From positions 1 through 64,000 of the forward strand of contig CAZNZT010000004.1 of the NCBI GenBank assembly GCA_964577685.1: a stretch of DNA of 64,000 nt. The letters are read 5' to 3'. The notes below the pieces were generated by a model. The model did not search any database. It saw nothing but the letters and a program-made list of their open reading frames with translations, and was not told the origin of the DNA. Source of the stretch: an uncultured Methanosarcinales archaeon. GTDB lineage: Archaea; Nanobdellota; Nanobdellia; Woesearchaeales; JACPBV01. This document shows positions 27,592 through 36,897 of this stretch, one piece after another. How positions within the stretch are numbered: the stretch's first letter is position 1; the number at the start of each line of letters is the position of its first letter. The position numbers and the translations under genes were made by a program.

Positions 27592-30500
27592 ATGAAAAAC
27601 CTAAATAAGTTATTGGTTCTATCTATTTTTTTGGCAACAATAATCTTGAATAGCATCTTTGTTGTTTCAGCTGGAGCAACAATAACTACTGATAAGGAAA
27701 ATTACGAGCCAGAAGAGGTTGTCTTAATTTCTGGTTCTGGTTTTATGGCAAATTCTCCTTTAGAGGTTAGTGTTACAAGGCCTGATGGTAGTGTTGATTC
27801 TTGTAGCACATCAGATTGTGATAGTGTGTTTTTGGATGGACAGCTTACATCAGACTCTAATGGGGCTTTTTTAGATTATAGGTATGATTTAGATGGGGAT
27901 GAAGGCATATATGTTGTTGAGGTTTCAGATGGAGTAAATTCTGCCCAAACAACATTTAAGGATGGTAAGATTGTTAATTGGGTTAAGTTAAATGGAGCGT
28001 CTAGTATTGTTGTTACCCCAGGAACAACAATAAATGTTGAGATAAATGCTACTACCTATGGTAAGAAGTCTAATAGGTGGTATTATACTGAATACGAGAT
28101 AGAAGGACAGGGTAGTGTTTGTGATACAACACCTGAACCAGATATAGATGTACCTGGGACATATGTAAGGACATTTACTATAACTGCTCCATTAAGCTAT
28201 GGGGAGTATGATGCTAGCTTTAGGATTTTCGGAACACAAGGTTGTTATGGTAGCGGACCAAGTGCTTGGTATACTTTGATGGATGGTATAAAAGTAGTTG
28301 AGTGTGTGGAGGATTCTGATTGTGATTATTTGGATAATGATTATTGTGATGATAATAAGGTAATGCATGATGAGGGAGTATGTAATCAGGATAATGAGTG
28401 TGAAGTTTCTACAACTATGGTGGAGGATTGTGATAAAGGTGACCCATGTTATATTGATTCCTGTGAAGATGCTGAATGTTTGCATACCTTGAATGATAAC
28501 CAGGGACCTGTTGTTTCAAATCCATTTGTTGACCCTCAGCTTACGAATGAGTTTTCAGATGTTGGAGCACATGCAGAGGATGATTGTAGTAATATAACGG
28601 AGGCATATTATTATGTTGATGCTTATTGTAATAATAGCGGTGTTGCACTTGATGCAAAAGATGGTTCCTTTGATGAGATGATTGAGGATTTGATAAGATA
28701 TGATGCAAATCTTGGGTCCAAGGATGGGAGGCATAGCCTTTACATAATGGCATGGGATTCTGCAGGAAATCCTAGTAATTGTGCTCATGTGTATTTTGAT
28801 TTAGACCAGGTTGCTCCAAATAATCCTAGATGCAGTAGTTCTGTATATGGAATGGAACTTAATGGAATTTGTAATGCACAAGAGTTGCTTGTTTGTGGAG
28901 ATAATCCTATTTTAAGAGCAGAGATATGCGATGATGAATCAAAGCTTCAGGCAGCAGAGTATTTTATTGATGACTTTACAAAACCGAACTGGTATGGTAT
29001 TCCTATGGATGCAGAAGATGGCTCATTTGATGAGCAATGTGAGTTTGTTGTTGCAGAGGTTGATATAACTAACTTGACTGAAGGCACGCATTATCTTAAG
29101 TTGCATGGAAAGGACAGGGCAGAGAATTGGGGTAAATTAAGTGGTTTTGATAATGTTTCATTTATAAAAGACACAACACCACCATCAACAGACAAAGAAA
29201 TAGAACCTACTAATGATGTTATTATTAGTTGTTATGGTTATGAGCCAGAAGAGGCAGATGTTTCTTCTATTGGAAGCTTAACTGATGGTTGTTATTATGT
29301 TAGGGCAGGAACTACTATTGTGCTTTCAGCTGAGGACTTTAAGCCTAATGATTTAGAGTATGCTGGAAATGTTATCATACATTATATAGTCTGGTACAAA
29401 GAATATCCTGCGGACGACTGGGTAAAAGACCAAGAAGGCAGCAGTGGTGTGGATGAACCTGTTTATATAACATTGGATAAAGATTCTTATCATTTGATTG
29501 AGTATTGGGCAGAAGATTTATGTGGTAATGAGGAGGAGCATCATTTTGAGCTTGATATTGTTGATGATAAGCCACCAGTAACAGAGAAAGAAGTTGGTGA
29601 ACCAAAGGTAGCATGTGAAGATTTAGGGCAAAACGATTGTGACTATTATATTACACAAGATACACCTATATATTTAGAGTGTTCTGACCAGGAACCCCAT
29701 CCGGTTGACAATGTGGTATTGTATTGGAAGGATTGGCTAGAAGGTGAAGATGAGCCAGAAGAGTGGAATATAGAAGAAGATGGGTCTGCTGAAATATATA
29801 AGGATGAAGACTCAAGGCACATACTAAAGTGGTATTGTGTAGATGCTTTGGGTAATAAGGAGGAAGTGCAAACAGAGATAGATATTGTTGAAACTGTGCC
29901 ACCTGTTTCTACAAAGTCAGTAGGTGAACCAAAGCATCCATGTGATGAAGGGGAATGGTATGAGTATGGGATGCCTCCAGATGGTTGTTATTATATAACA
30001 CAGAATACTGAAATAAACATTACCTGTTCTGATCCAGAGCCACATCCAGTAGATATGGTTAAGATATATTATAGGGACTATTTCTTGGGTGAAGAACCAC
30101 CAGAGTTTACAGAGGTTGATGGAGATATGGTCACAATATATAAGAATGAAGATTCTGAGCATGTTCTTGAATGGTATTGTGTAGATGCTTTGGGTAATGA
30201 GGAGGAGCTTCATAGAGAAATAGATATTGTTGATACACAACCACCAGTAACAGTCAAGAGTGTAGGTGAACCAAAGGTAGAAGGAGAAGACCCTGTTGAT
30301 TGGTGGATAACTCAGGATACTATTATTACATTAGATTGCTCTGACCTAGAACCACACCCAGTTGACCATGTAACTTTGTATTGGAGAGACTATAAGGATG
30401 GGGAAGACCCAGGAGAATGGAATATAGAAGAGGATGGCTATGCAGAGATACAAAAACAAGAGGATTGTTTACATGTTCTTGAATGGTATTGTGAGGATAT

Positions 30501-32073
30501 TTTGGGTAATAAGGAGGAAAGAAAAGTAGAGTATGACCAGGTTGATACTGAACCACCAAGGATAGTAAGTAAGTTTGTGGTTAAGGATGGAGAGAGGATT
30601 TATTCTAGTGAGGGGGAAATAGTTAGGATTGCTGCTAAAAACGGAGATATTATTAAGCTCTGTGCTGAGGTTGAGGATATAAAACAAACAGAGGATCCTG
30701 GTGTTGGTGTTTCTCGGGTTGAGTATAGACTTATCGGATTAGAAGACCCTTCAGAAGAGCTTTTATGGGATGAGGGAGAGCAGGCATATTGTAAGGTTAA
30801 AGTGATTGGAACGGGCGACCTTGATGCCTGCGGAAAATGGCATTATGAGGTTAGAGCAACTGATTTATTGGGTAATATGGGTGATTGGACAGATGGCATT
30901 GAGATAATCATTGACAATGTAAATCCAGTTGGAGAGGTTTTAAACCCACATGCTGGTGGATGGTATGCAGATGGAAAGACATTTGCAATATATGCTCCAG
31001 CGGTTGATTTTGGTGGGGATTATTGTTCGTTTGGATGCAATGGACAGGATTGTCCTGCCTCTGGCGTTGATTACTGTGAGTTTTATGCAATAGATTTTCC
31101 ATTTGAGAACTTAGACCAAGAAGAGATTAAGGATTGTTATCAGGATTTATGGAAATATTTTATGCAGATTGGTGTTAATCCATTAGTTGTTTATCTTGGT
31201 AGGGTTCCTTATGAGAATGGGACATGCAAGGGTTATGTAACAATTCCAGAAAATAGTGGCTTAACAGATACAGTGTTCCTTGGTGTTAAGTATGTTGATA
31301 AGGCTGGAAATGGAGCAGATAATCTACAACTTGCATTGAACCCATGGCTTAGTCCAATAACTATGAATATTGACAATGATGCACCTGATATAGGTTATAT
31401 AAGTGAACCACCTCTTGACCCATTGACAAAGGGGGATTCTTTTACACTAACAGTTGAAGCAACAGACAATGATGCAGGATTATTTAGTTGTGAGGCGATA
31501 ATAATAGATAGGGAGGGCATAGAACATCACTACCCTCAGCTACCCGATCTTGATGTGGGCAGATGTGATATAACCATAGATATTCCACAAGATCTTGAAG
31601 ATGGTGTAGTTGATGTGATGGTGAAAATACAGGATAGCGTGGGTAATGTTGAGAATGAAAGTGTGCAGGTTTTGATTGATAACACTCCACCAAGTCTATT
31701 GTTGACCGAGCCGCAACCAGGGGCTACTGTTGGAGGGGAGATAAACATAGATGTTAGTGTTTCTGATAATTCAGGAGTTTCACTAGTGCAGTATAAGATA
31801 AGCGAAATAGGTATGTGGGGGATTTGTATTGGAGGCATGCCTGGGATAAATTGTTATTCATCTAAGTGGATTGATATACCTGAGATTGCCCCAGGTGTTT
31901 ATCAGACATCCTTCAATTCAACTGGACTTGATGGCAAGTTTAATTTTGATGTAAGGGTCTGTGATACTCTAAGAAATCCTAACAGATATGCATTGGTTGA
32001 TGATGACCCACACTGCGTACTATTGAGCGAGATAGAAGCAGATAAAGAAAAGGAAGACGAGGAAGAGCCTTAA
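27592..32073 (+). CDS. Giant acidic, Cys-rich secreted protein with Ig-like repeats (1493 aa)
   Basis: Signal peptide; about four ~110-aa repeats (PPVTxKxVGEPK...EPHPVD...WYCxDxLGNxEE); no C-terminal TM. Confidence 0.85.
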   Translation: MKNLNKLLVLSIFLATIILNSIFVVSAGATITTDKENYEPEEVVLISGSGFMANSPLEVSVTRPDGSVDSCSTSDCDSVFLDGQLTSDSNGAFLDYRYDLDGDEGIYVVEVSDGVNSAQTTFKDGKIVNWVKLNGASSIVVTPGTTINVEINATTYGKKSNRWYYTEYEIEGQGSVCDTTPEPDIDVPGTYVRTFTITAPLSYGEYDASFRIFGTQGCYGSGPSAWYTLMDGIKVVECVEDSDCDYLDNDYCDDNKVMHDEGVCNQDNECEVSTTMVEDCDKGDPCYIDSCEDAECLHTLNDNQGPVVSNPFVDPQLTNEFSDVGAHAEDDCSNITEAYYYVDAYCNNSGVALDAKDGSFDEMIEDLIRYDANLGSKDGRHSLYIMAWDSAGNPSNCAHVYFDLDQVAPNNPRCSSSVYGMELNGICNAQELLVCGDNPILRAEICDDESKLQAAEYFIDDFTKPNWYGIPMDAEDGSFDEQCEFVVAEVDITNLTEGTHYLKLHGKDRAENWGKLSGFDNVSFIKDTTPPSTDKEIEPTNDVIISCYGYEPEEADVSSIGSLTDGCYYVRAGTTIVLSAEDFKPNDLEYAGNVIIHYIVWYKEYPADDWVKDQEGSSGVDEPVYITLDKDSYHLIEYWAEDLCGNEEEHHFELDIVDDKPPVTEKEVGEPKVACEDLGQNDCDYYITQDTPIYLECSDQEPHPVDNVVLYWKDWLEGEDEPEEWNIEEDGSAEIYKDEDSRHILKWYCVDALGNKEEVQTEIDIVETVPPVSTKSVGEPKHPCDEGEWYEYGMPPDGCYYITQNTEINITCSDPEPHPVDMVKIYYRDYFLGEEPPEFTEVDGDMVTIYKNEDSEHVLEWYCVDALGNEEELHREIDIVDTQPPVTVKSVGEPKVEGEDPVDWWITQDTIITLDCSDLEPHPVDHVTLYWRDYKDGEDPGEWNIEEDGYAEIQKQEDCLHVLEWYCEDILGNKEERKVEYDQVDTEPPRIVSKFVVKDGERIYSSEGEIVRIAAKNGDIIKLCAEVEDIKQTEDPGVGVSRVEYRLIGLEDPSEELLWDEGEQAYCKVKVIGTGDLDACGKWHYEVRATDLLGNMGDWTDGIEIIIDNVNPVGEVLNPHAGGWYADGKTFAIYAPAVDFGGDYCSFGCNGQDCPASGVDYCEFYAIDFPFENLDQEEIKDCYQDLWKYFMQIGVNPLVVYLGRVPYENGTCKGYVTIPENSGLTDTVFLGVKYVDKAGNGADNLQLALNPWLSPITMNIDNDAPDIGYISEPPLDPLTKGDSFTLTVEATDNDAGLFSCEAIIIDREGIEHHYPQLPDLDVGRCDITIDIPQDLEDGVVDVMVKIQDSVGNVENESVQVLIDNTPPSLLLTEPQPGATVGGEINIDVSVSDNSGVSLVQYKISEIGMWGICIGGMPGINCYSSKWIDIPEIAPGVYQTSFNSTGLDGKFNFDVRVCDTLRNPNRYALVDDDPHCVLLSEIEADKEKEDEEEP

Positions 32074-32194
32074 CTGTTTTTTCTTTTTATCTTTTTAAAA
32101 AAGAGGAGAACAATAAGCTTTATATACAAGCAGGGATTTTCATATAAAATAGAAAAGGGGTGTATCTTTAGATTTTATTTTGGGGGTTAGTATA

Positions 32195-33244
32195 ATGAAT
32201 AAGAAGATATTTTTTGTTTTAGCTTTGTTTGTACTATCCTTTTTGGACGCAAGGGCTGGAGAGATATGTATTGATAACACTCCACCAAGTGCTCCATCTT
32301 CTTTGGTAATAACTGATAGTCCTGATTATGATGGTAATGTTACTCTAAGTTGGTCTGAGGCAACAGATCCTATAGTATGTGAAGGTAATTTCACATTTAA
32401 GATTACTAAATATAATGTTTATCGGGGTGTGGAGGCAGGTTTTATTGTGAATAGTTCTAATAAGATTGGTGAAACGGTTAATACTTCTTTTAATGATTTT
32501 AATCTTGATTATGGGACCTACTATTATAAAGTTAGTGCTGTTGATTTTGTGGGTAATGAGGGCCCAACAGTAGAGAATAGTGTTGAGATTGTTTGTGAGG
32601 AGGTCTGGAATTGTACGGGTTGGAGTAGTTGTGTTAATAATGTACAAACAAGAATATGTTTTGAGATAAGCAATTGTGGTATTGGCAATAAGACAGAACA
32701 AAGAAGTTGTGGAACCTCTCCACCAGGTGGTGGCGGTGGAGGAGGAGGTGGCGGAGGCGGAGGTGCTAGTAGTTCGTGCAAAGCTAATTATGTTTGCAAA
32801 CCTATTACCTCTTGTAGTCCTAATGGAAAACAAACACATGTGTGTACGGATATAGCTTGTGGTAAGGGCTCTTATAGAAAAGTAGTGGCTTGTACCTATA
32901 CTGGTTCAACTTCAACTAAAGAATCTGAGGAAGGTTCTGAGGATGAAACAGAATTTGTAGAAGAAACCAAACAGGAAGAAGAAAATTTAGAGACATATTT
33001 TTCTAACATACCGGAAGAAGCCGAGGAGATTAATAGTACAAAGAGAGCAGGATTAAGCTCAATAACTGGGGCTGTAGTAGGTCTTTTTGTTAGGGGTAAA
33101 AGCAGTTCAGTTGGTTTTTCAATAATTGCTTTGATTTTGGTGTTTGGTCTTCTTGGTTATTTCTTAATCTTTGGGAAGTCTAAGAAAAAACAGGTTTGGA
33201 AAAAAACCAAGAAAAAAAAGAGTAAGAAAATATTTGATGTATAA
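32195..33244 (+). CDS. Fibronectin type III domain surface protein with Cys-Trp modules, poly-Gly linker and TM anchor
   Basis: DNTPPSAP...VTLSW...YNVYR...YYYKVSAVDFVGNEG; CEEVWNCTGWSSC; C-terminal TM plus Lys tail. Confidence 0.85.
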   Translation: MNKKIFFVLALFVLSFLDARAGEICIDNTPPSAPSSLVITDSPDYDGNVTLSWSEATDPIVCEGNFTFKITKYNVYRGVEAGFIVNSSNKIGETVNTSFNDFNLDYGTYYYKVSAVDFVGNEGPTVENSVEIVCEEVWNCTGWSSCVNNVQTRICFEISNCGIGNKTEQRSCGTSPPGGGGGGGGGGGGGASSSCKANYVCKPITSCSPNGKQTHVCTDIACGKGSYRKVVACTYTGSTSTKESEEGSEDETEFVEETKQEEENLETYFSNIPEEAEEINSTKRAGLSSITGAVVGLFVRGKSSSVGFSIIALILVFGLLGYFLIFGKSKKKQVWKKTKKKKSKKIFDV

Positions 33245-33275
33245 TTATTTGATATATAATAGAATTTTTGAATTT

Positions 33276-34031
33276 TTATTCTTTCTTCTTTTGCGTTTCT
33301 TCAGAAGGCTTTTCTTTCTTTGCTTCTCCTGCTCCTTCTTCTGTAGGCAATAATTCTTTTATAATTTCTTCTGGTATCTTTAGCTCTTTGAGTTTGGCTT
33401 TAATTGCTCCTTTTTCCTTACCACTCATTGCAGCAATAGTTTCTTTTGCAAGTCTTTCATATTCCGCTCTTTTCTTCTCAATCTCTTGTGCAAGCTTTTT
33501 CTTTTCTTCTTCTAGTTTTGCTTTTTCTTCTGCTGTTAATTCTGTCTTTTCTGCTTTTATTTCTTCATCATATTTTCCTTCATCGATTTCTTTTATTACC
33601 TCTATTGCTGGTTTGCCTTCTACCAACACACCCATTGAGTTGCATGTTCCAATGATTTGCTTTACTTTTTCCTTTAAGCTCTTTCCTGATAGAGAGCTTT
33701 CTTTCATCTTTGCTATTTTTATGCATTGTTCTATTAATATATCTGCTACCTTGTCTTCTCTTGGGTTGCTTGAGCCTTTTTCTATATTGGCTTCTTTTTT
33801 AATCAATTGAGAAGCAGGTGGGGTTCCTACAGATATTTCAAATTTTTTTGTATCTTTATCTACTATTACCTTTACCGGAACCTTCATTCCTTTAAATACT
33901 TCTGTTTTTTTGTTTATTTCTGATACTATTTGTCCTATGTTAACCCCCAATGGACCTAATGCTGGTCCGAGTGGTGGTGCTGCTGTTGCTTTACCTCCTT
34001 CTATAAGTGCTTCTACAGTCTCTTTTGCCAT
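33276..34031 (-). CDS. rpl11: 50S ribosomal protein L11 with long charged C-terminal extension
   Basis: GGKATAAPPLGPALGPLG, GMKVPVKV and GTCNSMGV motifs. Confidence 0.95.
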   Translation of the reverse strand: MAKETVEALIEGGKATAAPPLGPALGPLGVNIGQIVSEINKKTEVFKGMKVPVKVIVDKDTKKFEISVGTPPASQLIKKEANIEKGSSNPREDKVADILIEQCIKIAKMKESSLSGKSLKEKVKQIIGTCNSMGVLVEGKPAIEVIKEIDEGKYDEEIKAEKTELTAEEKAKLEEEKKKLAQEIEKKRAEYERLAKETIAAMSGKEKGAIKAKLKELKIPEEIIKELLPTEEGAGEAKKEKPSEETQKKKE

Positions 34032-34089
34032 GGTGTTAAGGAATTGGATATTTATTTATAAAGCTTTCTTTTAGGAATCTAGAATAAGT

Positions 34090-34599
34090 TTATTCCATTT
34101 TTTCTTTTTCTTGTTCACTTTCTTCTTCTGTTTCCCTTCTAATAACTTTAACAGCATCCATCTTTACAGTAATGGGAATTGGGACAGCTGCTTCCAATAA
34201 CTCAACAACTACTTCTTCTTTTGTTCTGTCTATCCTTGTTACTTTTGCATTCTCTCTTTTGAATGGACCTGATATTATTTCTACGATATCATTCTTCTTG
34301 ATATTCATTTCACGCTTTACCTGCTCTAACATGTGTTCAATTTCCTTGTATTCTATTGGTTTTGGAAGTATACCTCTTGCATATGGCACATTAAATGCTG
34401 ATTGTTCTGCATCTGTTCTAGAGGCTGCTTCAATGAATATATAAGATCGCATGCCATGTGGTCTTATGACTGCATATACTTCTAGTTTTTTTCTTTTAGC
34501 ATTGGATGTAACAAAATCCATGACTTGGTCTTCTCTATTTGCTGTAGTCCTCAGTGCAAAAATCGTTTCGTTTTCCATTTTTTCTTTTTCTTCTTTCAT
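34090..34599 (-). CDS. spt5: Transcription elongation factor Spt5 (NusG)
   Basis: NGN domain plus KOW (DIVEIISGPFK...VELLEAAVPIPIT); conserved secE-spt5-rpl11 order. Confidence 0.94.
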   Translation of the reverse strand: MKEEKEKMENETIFALRTTANREDQVMDFVTSNAKRKKLEVYAVIRPHGMRSYIFIEAASRTDAEQSAFNVPYARGILPKPIEYKEIEHMLEQVKREMNIKKNDIVEIISGPFKRENAKVTRIDRTKEEVVVELLEAAVPIPITVKMDAVKVIRRETEEESEQEKEKME

Positions 34600-34622
34600 T
34601 TGTTTTCTATTCTAATTGTATT

Positions 34623-34811
34623 TTATTTGAAAAATAAGGCTTTTATCATTTGTATTATAAAACCGACAAGCCCTATTATTAGTATCCCTAAACCAGACAC
34701 TTTTACTATTGTTTTGAATTCTTCCTTGTCTGGTTTTTTTGTTACTTTTAGGACTCTTATACACTCCTTAATAAAACTTTTGGATTTTAATATAAAAGAA
34801 CCAAAGTCCAT
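34623..34811 (-). CDS. secE: Protein translocase subunit SecE/Sec61-gamma
   Basis: RVLKVTKKPDKEEF followed by a TM GLGILIIGLVGFII. Confidence 0.93.
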   Translation of the reverse strand: MDFGSFILKSKSFIKECIRVLKVTKKPDKEEFKTIVKVSGLGILIIGLVGFIIQMIKALFFK

Positions 34812-34813
34812 TT

Positions 34814-35983
34814 TTAATCTAAAAATTCTATGCCTAACTCTCTTTCTATCTCTCTTTTTCTTTTGTCCGCGATTCTTCTTTTGCTTCCAAATATCTGAGG
34901 GGATTTTACTCCAGTTACTATAAGCATTGTTCTTATTGTTTTTTGTAGGTCTTTATATATTTGTGCACCCCATATAATCTTTGCATCCTCTGACAACCTT
35001 TCAGAAACAGTTTCAACAACTTTTTTTGCTTCTTCTAGTGTCATATCTTCGCCACCAGAAACATTAATTAGGGCTCCATTTGCGCCATTAATATCAACAT
35101 CTAGCAGTGGATTTGATATTGCTTTTTCTACAGCTTCTATTGCCCTGTTTTCGGAATCACTTTCACCAACTCCAATTAATGCTACGCCTCCACTTTTCAT
35201 TACTGTTCTTATGTCTGCAAAGTCTAGGTTGATTAATCCTGCTTTTGTTACTAGTTCAGCAATACCTTTAACAGCGTTTGTTAGTATTTCGTCTGCTACC
35301 TTAAATGCCGTATGCAGTGGAATATCTGGTGCTAGTTCAAGAAGTTTATCATTTGGTATTACTATTAGTGTATCTACAATCTGCTCTAGTTTTTCTAGAC
35401 CCATCACTGCGTTTTCGTATCTTCTTTGCCCCTCCATTGCAAATGGCAATGTTACAACCCCGACTGTTAATGAACCCATCTTTTTTGCAATTTCTGCTAT
35501 TACTGGAGCTGAGCCGGTTCCGGTTCCACCACCAAGACCACAGGTTATAAAAACCATGTCCGAGTTCTCTAGACTTTTTTTTATTTCTTGCTCCTGCTCT
35601 CTAGCCGCTTCTTCTCCCAATTTTGGATTTGAACCTGCTCCGAGTCCTTTTGTTGTGTCTTTGCCTATTAATATCTTTTTGTCTGCTTTTGTGTATAGTA
35701 AATCTTGTGCATCTGTATTTATTGCTATTGTTTGGGCTCCTGCTATTCCAACTTCAAAAATCCTATTTATTGTGTTATTTCCTGCTCCTCCAGTTCCAAG
35801 GACCTTTATGGTGGCTTTTTGTCTTGATAAGAATTCTTCTAGTTCTGCATCAACATTGTAACCTGTTTTGTTAGTTATATTCTCGTTTTGAGCCACTCCA
35901 GAAGTATTTCTCTGAGATAGGTCAGTTGCCTCCTTAATAAAGGTTTCCACTTTATCCACCCTTTGTTTTATTAATATTGCCAC
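34814..35983 (-). CDS. ftsZ: Cell division protein FtsZ (FtsZ1-type by gene context)
   Basis: [22 protein letters not shown] and NLDFAD motifs; exact start uncertain. Confidence 0.96.
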   Translation of the reverse strand: MAILIKQRVDKVETFIKEATDLSQRNTSGVAQNENITNKTGYNVDAELEEFLSRQKATIKVLGTGGAGNNTINRIFEVGIAGAQTIAINTDAQDLLYTKADKKILIGKDTTKGLGAGSNPKLGEEAAREQEQEIKKSLENSDMVFITCGLGGGTGTGSAPVIAEIAKKMGSLTVGVVTLPFAMEGQRRYENAVMGLEKLEQIVDTLIVIPNDKLLELAPDIPLHTAFKVADEILTNAVKGIAELVTKAGLINLDFADIRTVMKSGGVALIGVGESDSENRAIEAVEKAISNPLLDVDINGANGALINVSGGEDMTLEEAKKVVETVSERLSEDAKIIWGAQIYKDLQKTIRTMLIVTGVKSPQIFGSKRRIADKRKREIERELGIEFLD

Positions 35984-36662
35984 TCATATTTAAATTTTCT
36001 CTTTTTTTTACTTCTTTTTGAATAGTAAATTCAACCTCTTTTATAGTTGGAATTAATTCTTTTATTTTGTCCTTTAGTGCTTTTCTTAGCTCTTCTGGAA
36101 TTTCTTCTTTTGTAAATATCTTTGCTTTTCCTTCTTCTATTGATATATCTGCATCTTTTATATTAAGGTCTAGTTTTAGTATTGTAGCTATTTTTTCTTT
36201 GTCTTCTTTTACTATTCTGTTAATCTTTATCTCATAGACTAAGTCCTTACCAGCTAATGGATGATTGAAGTCTACTATTGTCCTTCCACCAGATACTGTT
36301 TTTATTTGTCCCCTTATTCCATCAATTTCTACTTGTAGTCCAGGGATAGGTTGAACATTTTGCTTTATGAATTTGGATGTGGAGATTAACTGAATGAGTT
36401 TGGCATTCCTTTTGCCGTAAGCTTCTTCTGCTTTTACTTCAATTATGTATTTCTTTCCAACTTCTTTATTTATTAACGATTTATCCAAGCCTTTTATTAT
36501 TTGCCTCTTTCCGACACAGATGATAATTGGTTTGTATTCTGCGTTTTCTATGTAAATGTTATTTTTTTTGGCTATTTCTTCGTCGGTTGTGTCAAATACT
36601 TCGTTTGTTTCTTTTATCTTACCAGTATATTCTATTTCAATGAAATCTTTTTCTTTTATCAT
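35952..36662 (-). CDS. FKBP-type peptidyl-prolyl isomerase (long archaeal SlyD type)
   Basis: EVFDTT, IIKGLD, AYGKR and VDFNHPLAGKDL motifs. Confidence 0.92.
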   Translation of the reverse strand: MIKEKDFIEIEYTGKIKETNEVFDTTDEEIAKKNNIYIENAEYKPIIICVGKRQIIKGLDKSLINKEVGKKYIIEVKAEEAYGKRNAKLIQLISTSKFIKQNVQPIPGLQVEIDGIRGQIKTVSGGRTIVDFNHPLAGKDLVYEIKINRIVKEDKEKIATILKLDLNIKDADISIEEGKAKIFTKEEIPEELRKALKDKIKELIPTIKEVEFTIQKEVKKRENLNMSGNINKTKGG

Positions 36663-36692
36663 TTCCCCATCAGTCTTTTAACTTCTTTGTAC

Positions 36693-36732
36693 TATTTCTC
36701 TCTAGTTGGCTTTTGTTATTCTGAGAGAAATA
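36693..36732. promoter_or_regulatory. Perfect 10-bp inverted repeat in the leader of the FKBP-ftsZ operon
   Basis: TATTTCTCTC (36693-36702) and GAGAGAAATA (36723-36732); minus-strand TATA at about 36759-36766. Confidence 0.5.
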
Positions 36733-36897
36733 TATTTTTTAATAGAGTGGAGCTATCATATATAAATCTATTGTTTTATTCTGTTATTTTTTTAAATTTC
36801 TTTAATTTGGTTTTTAATAATCTTTGGTTTTTAATAATATTTTGAGTGGTATAAAAATATCATAACCATTAAATATAAGAAATTATTTTTTTTCTTT

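Noticed and set aside
32725..32765. Gly-codon run as a phase-variation tract
   Set aside because: Mixed GGT/GGC/GGA codons in frame indicate selection for poly-Gly protein, not a slippage switch.
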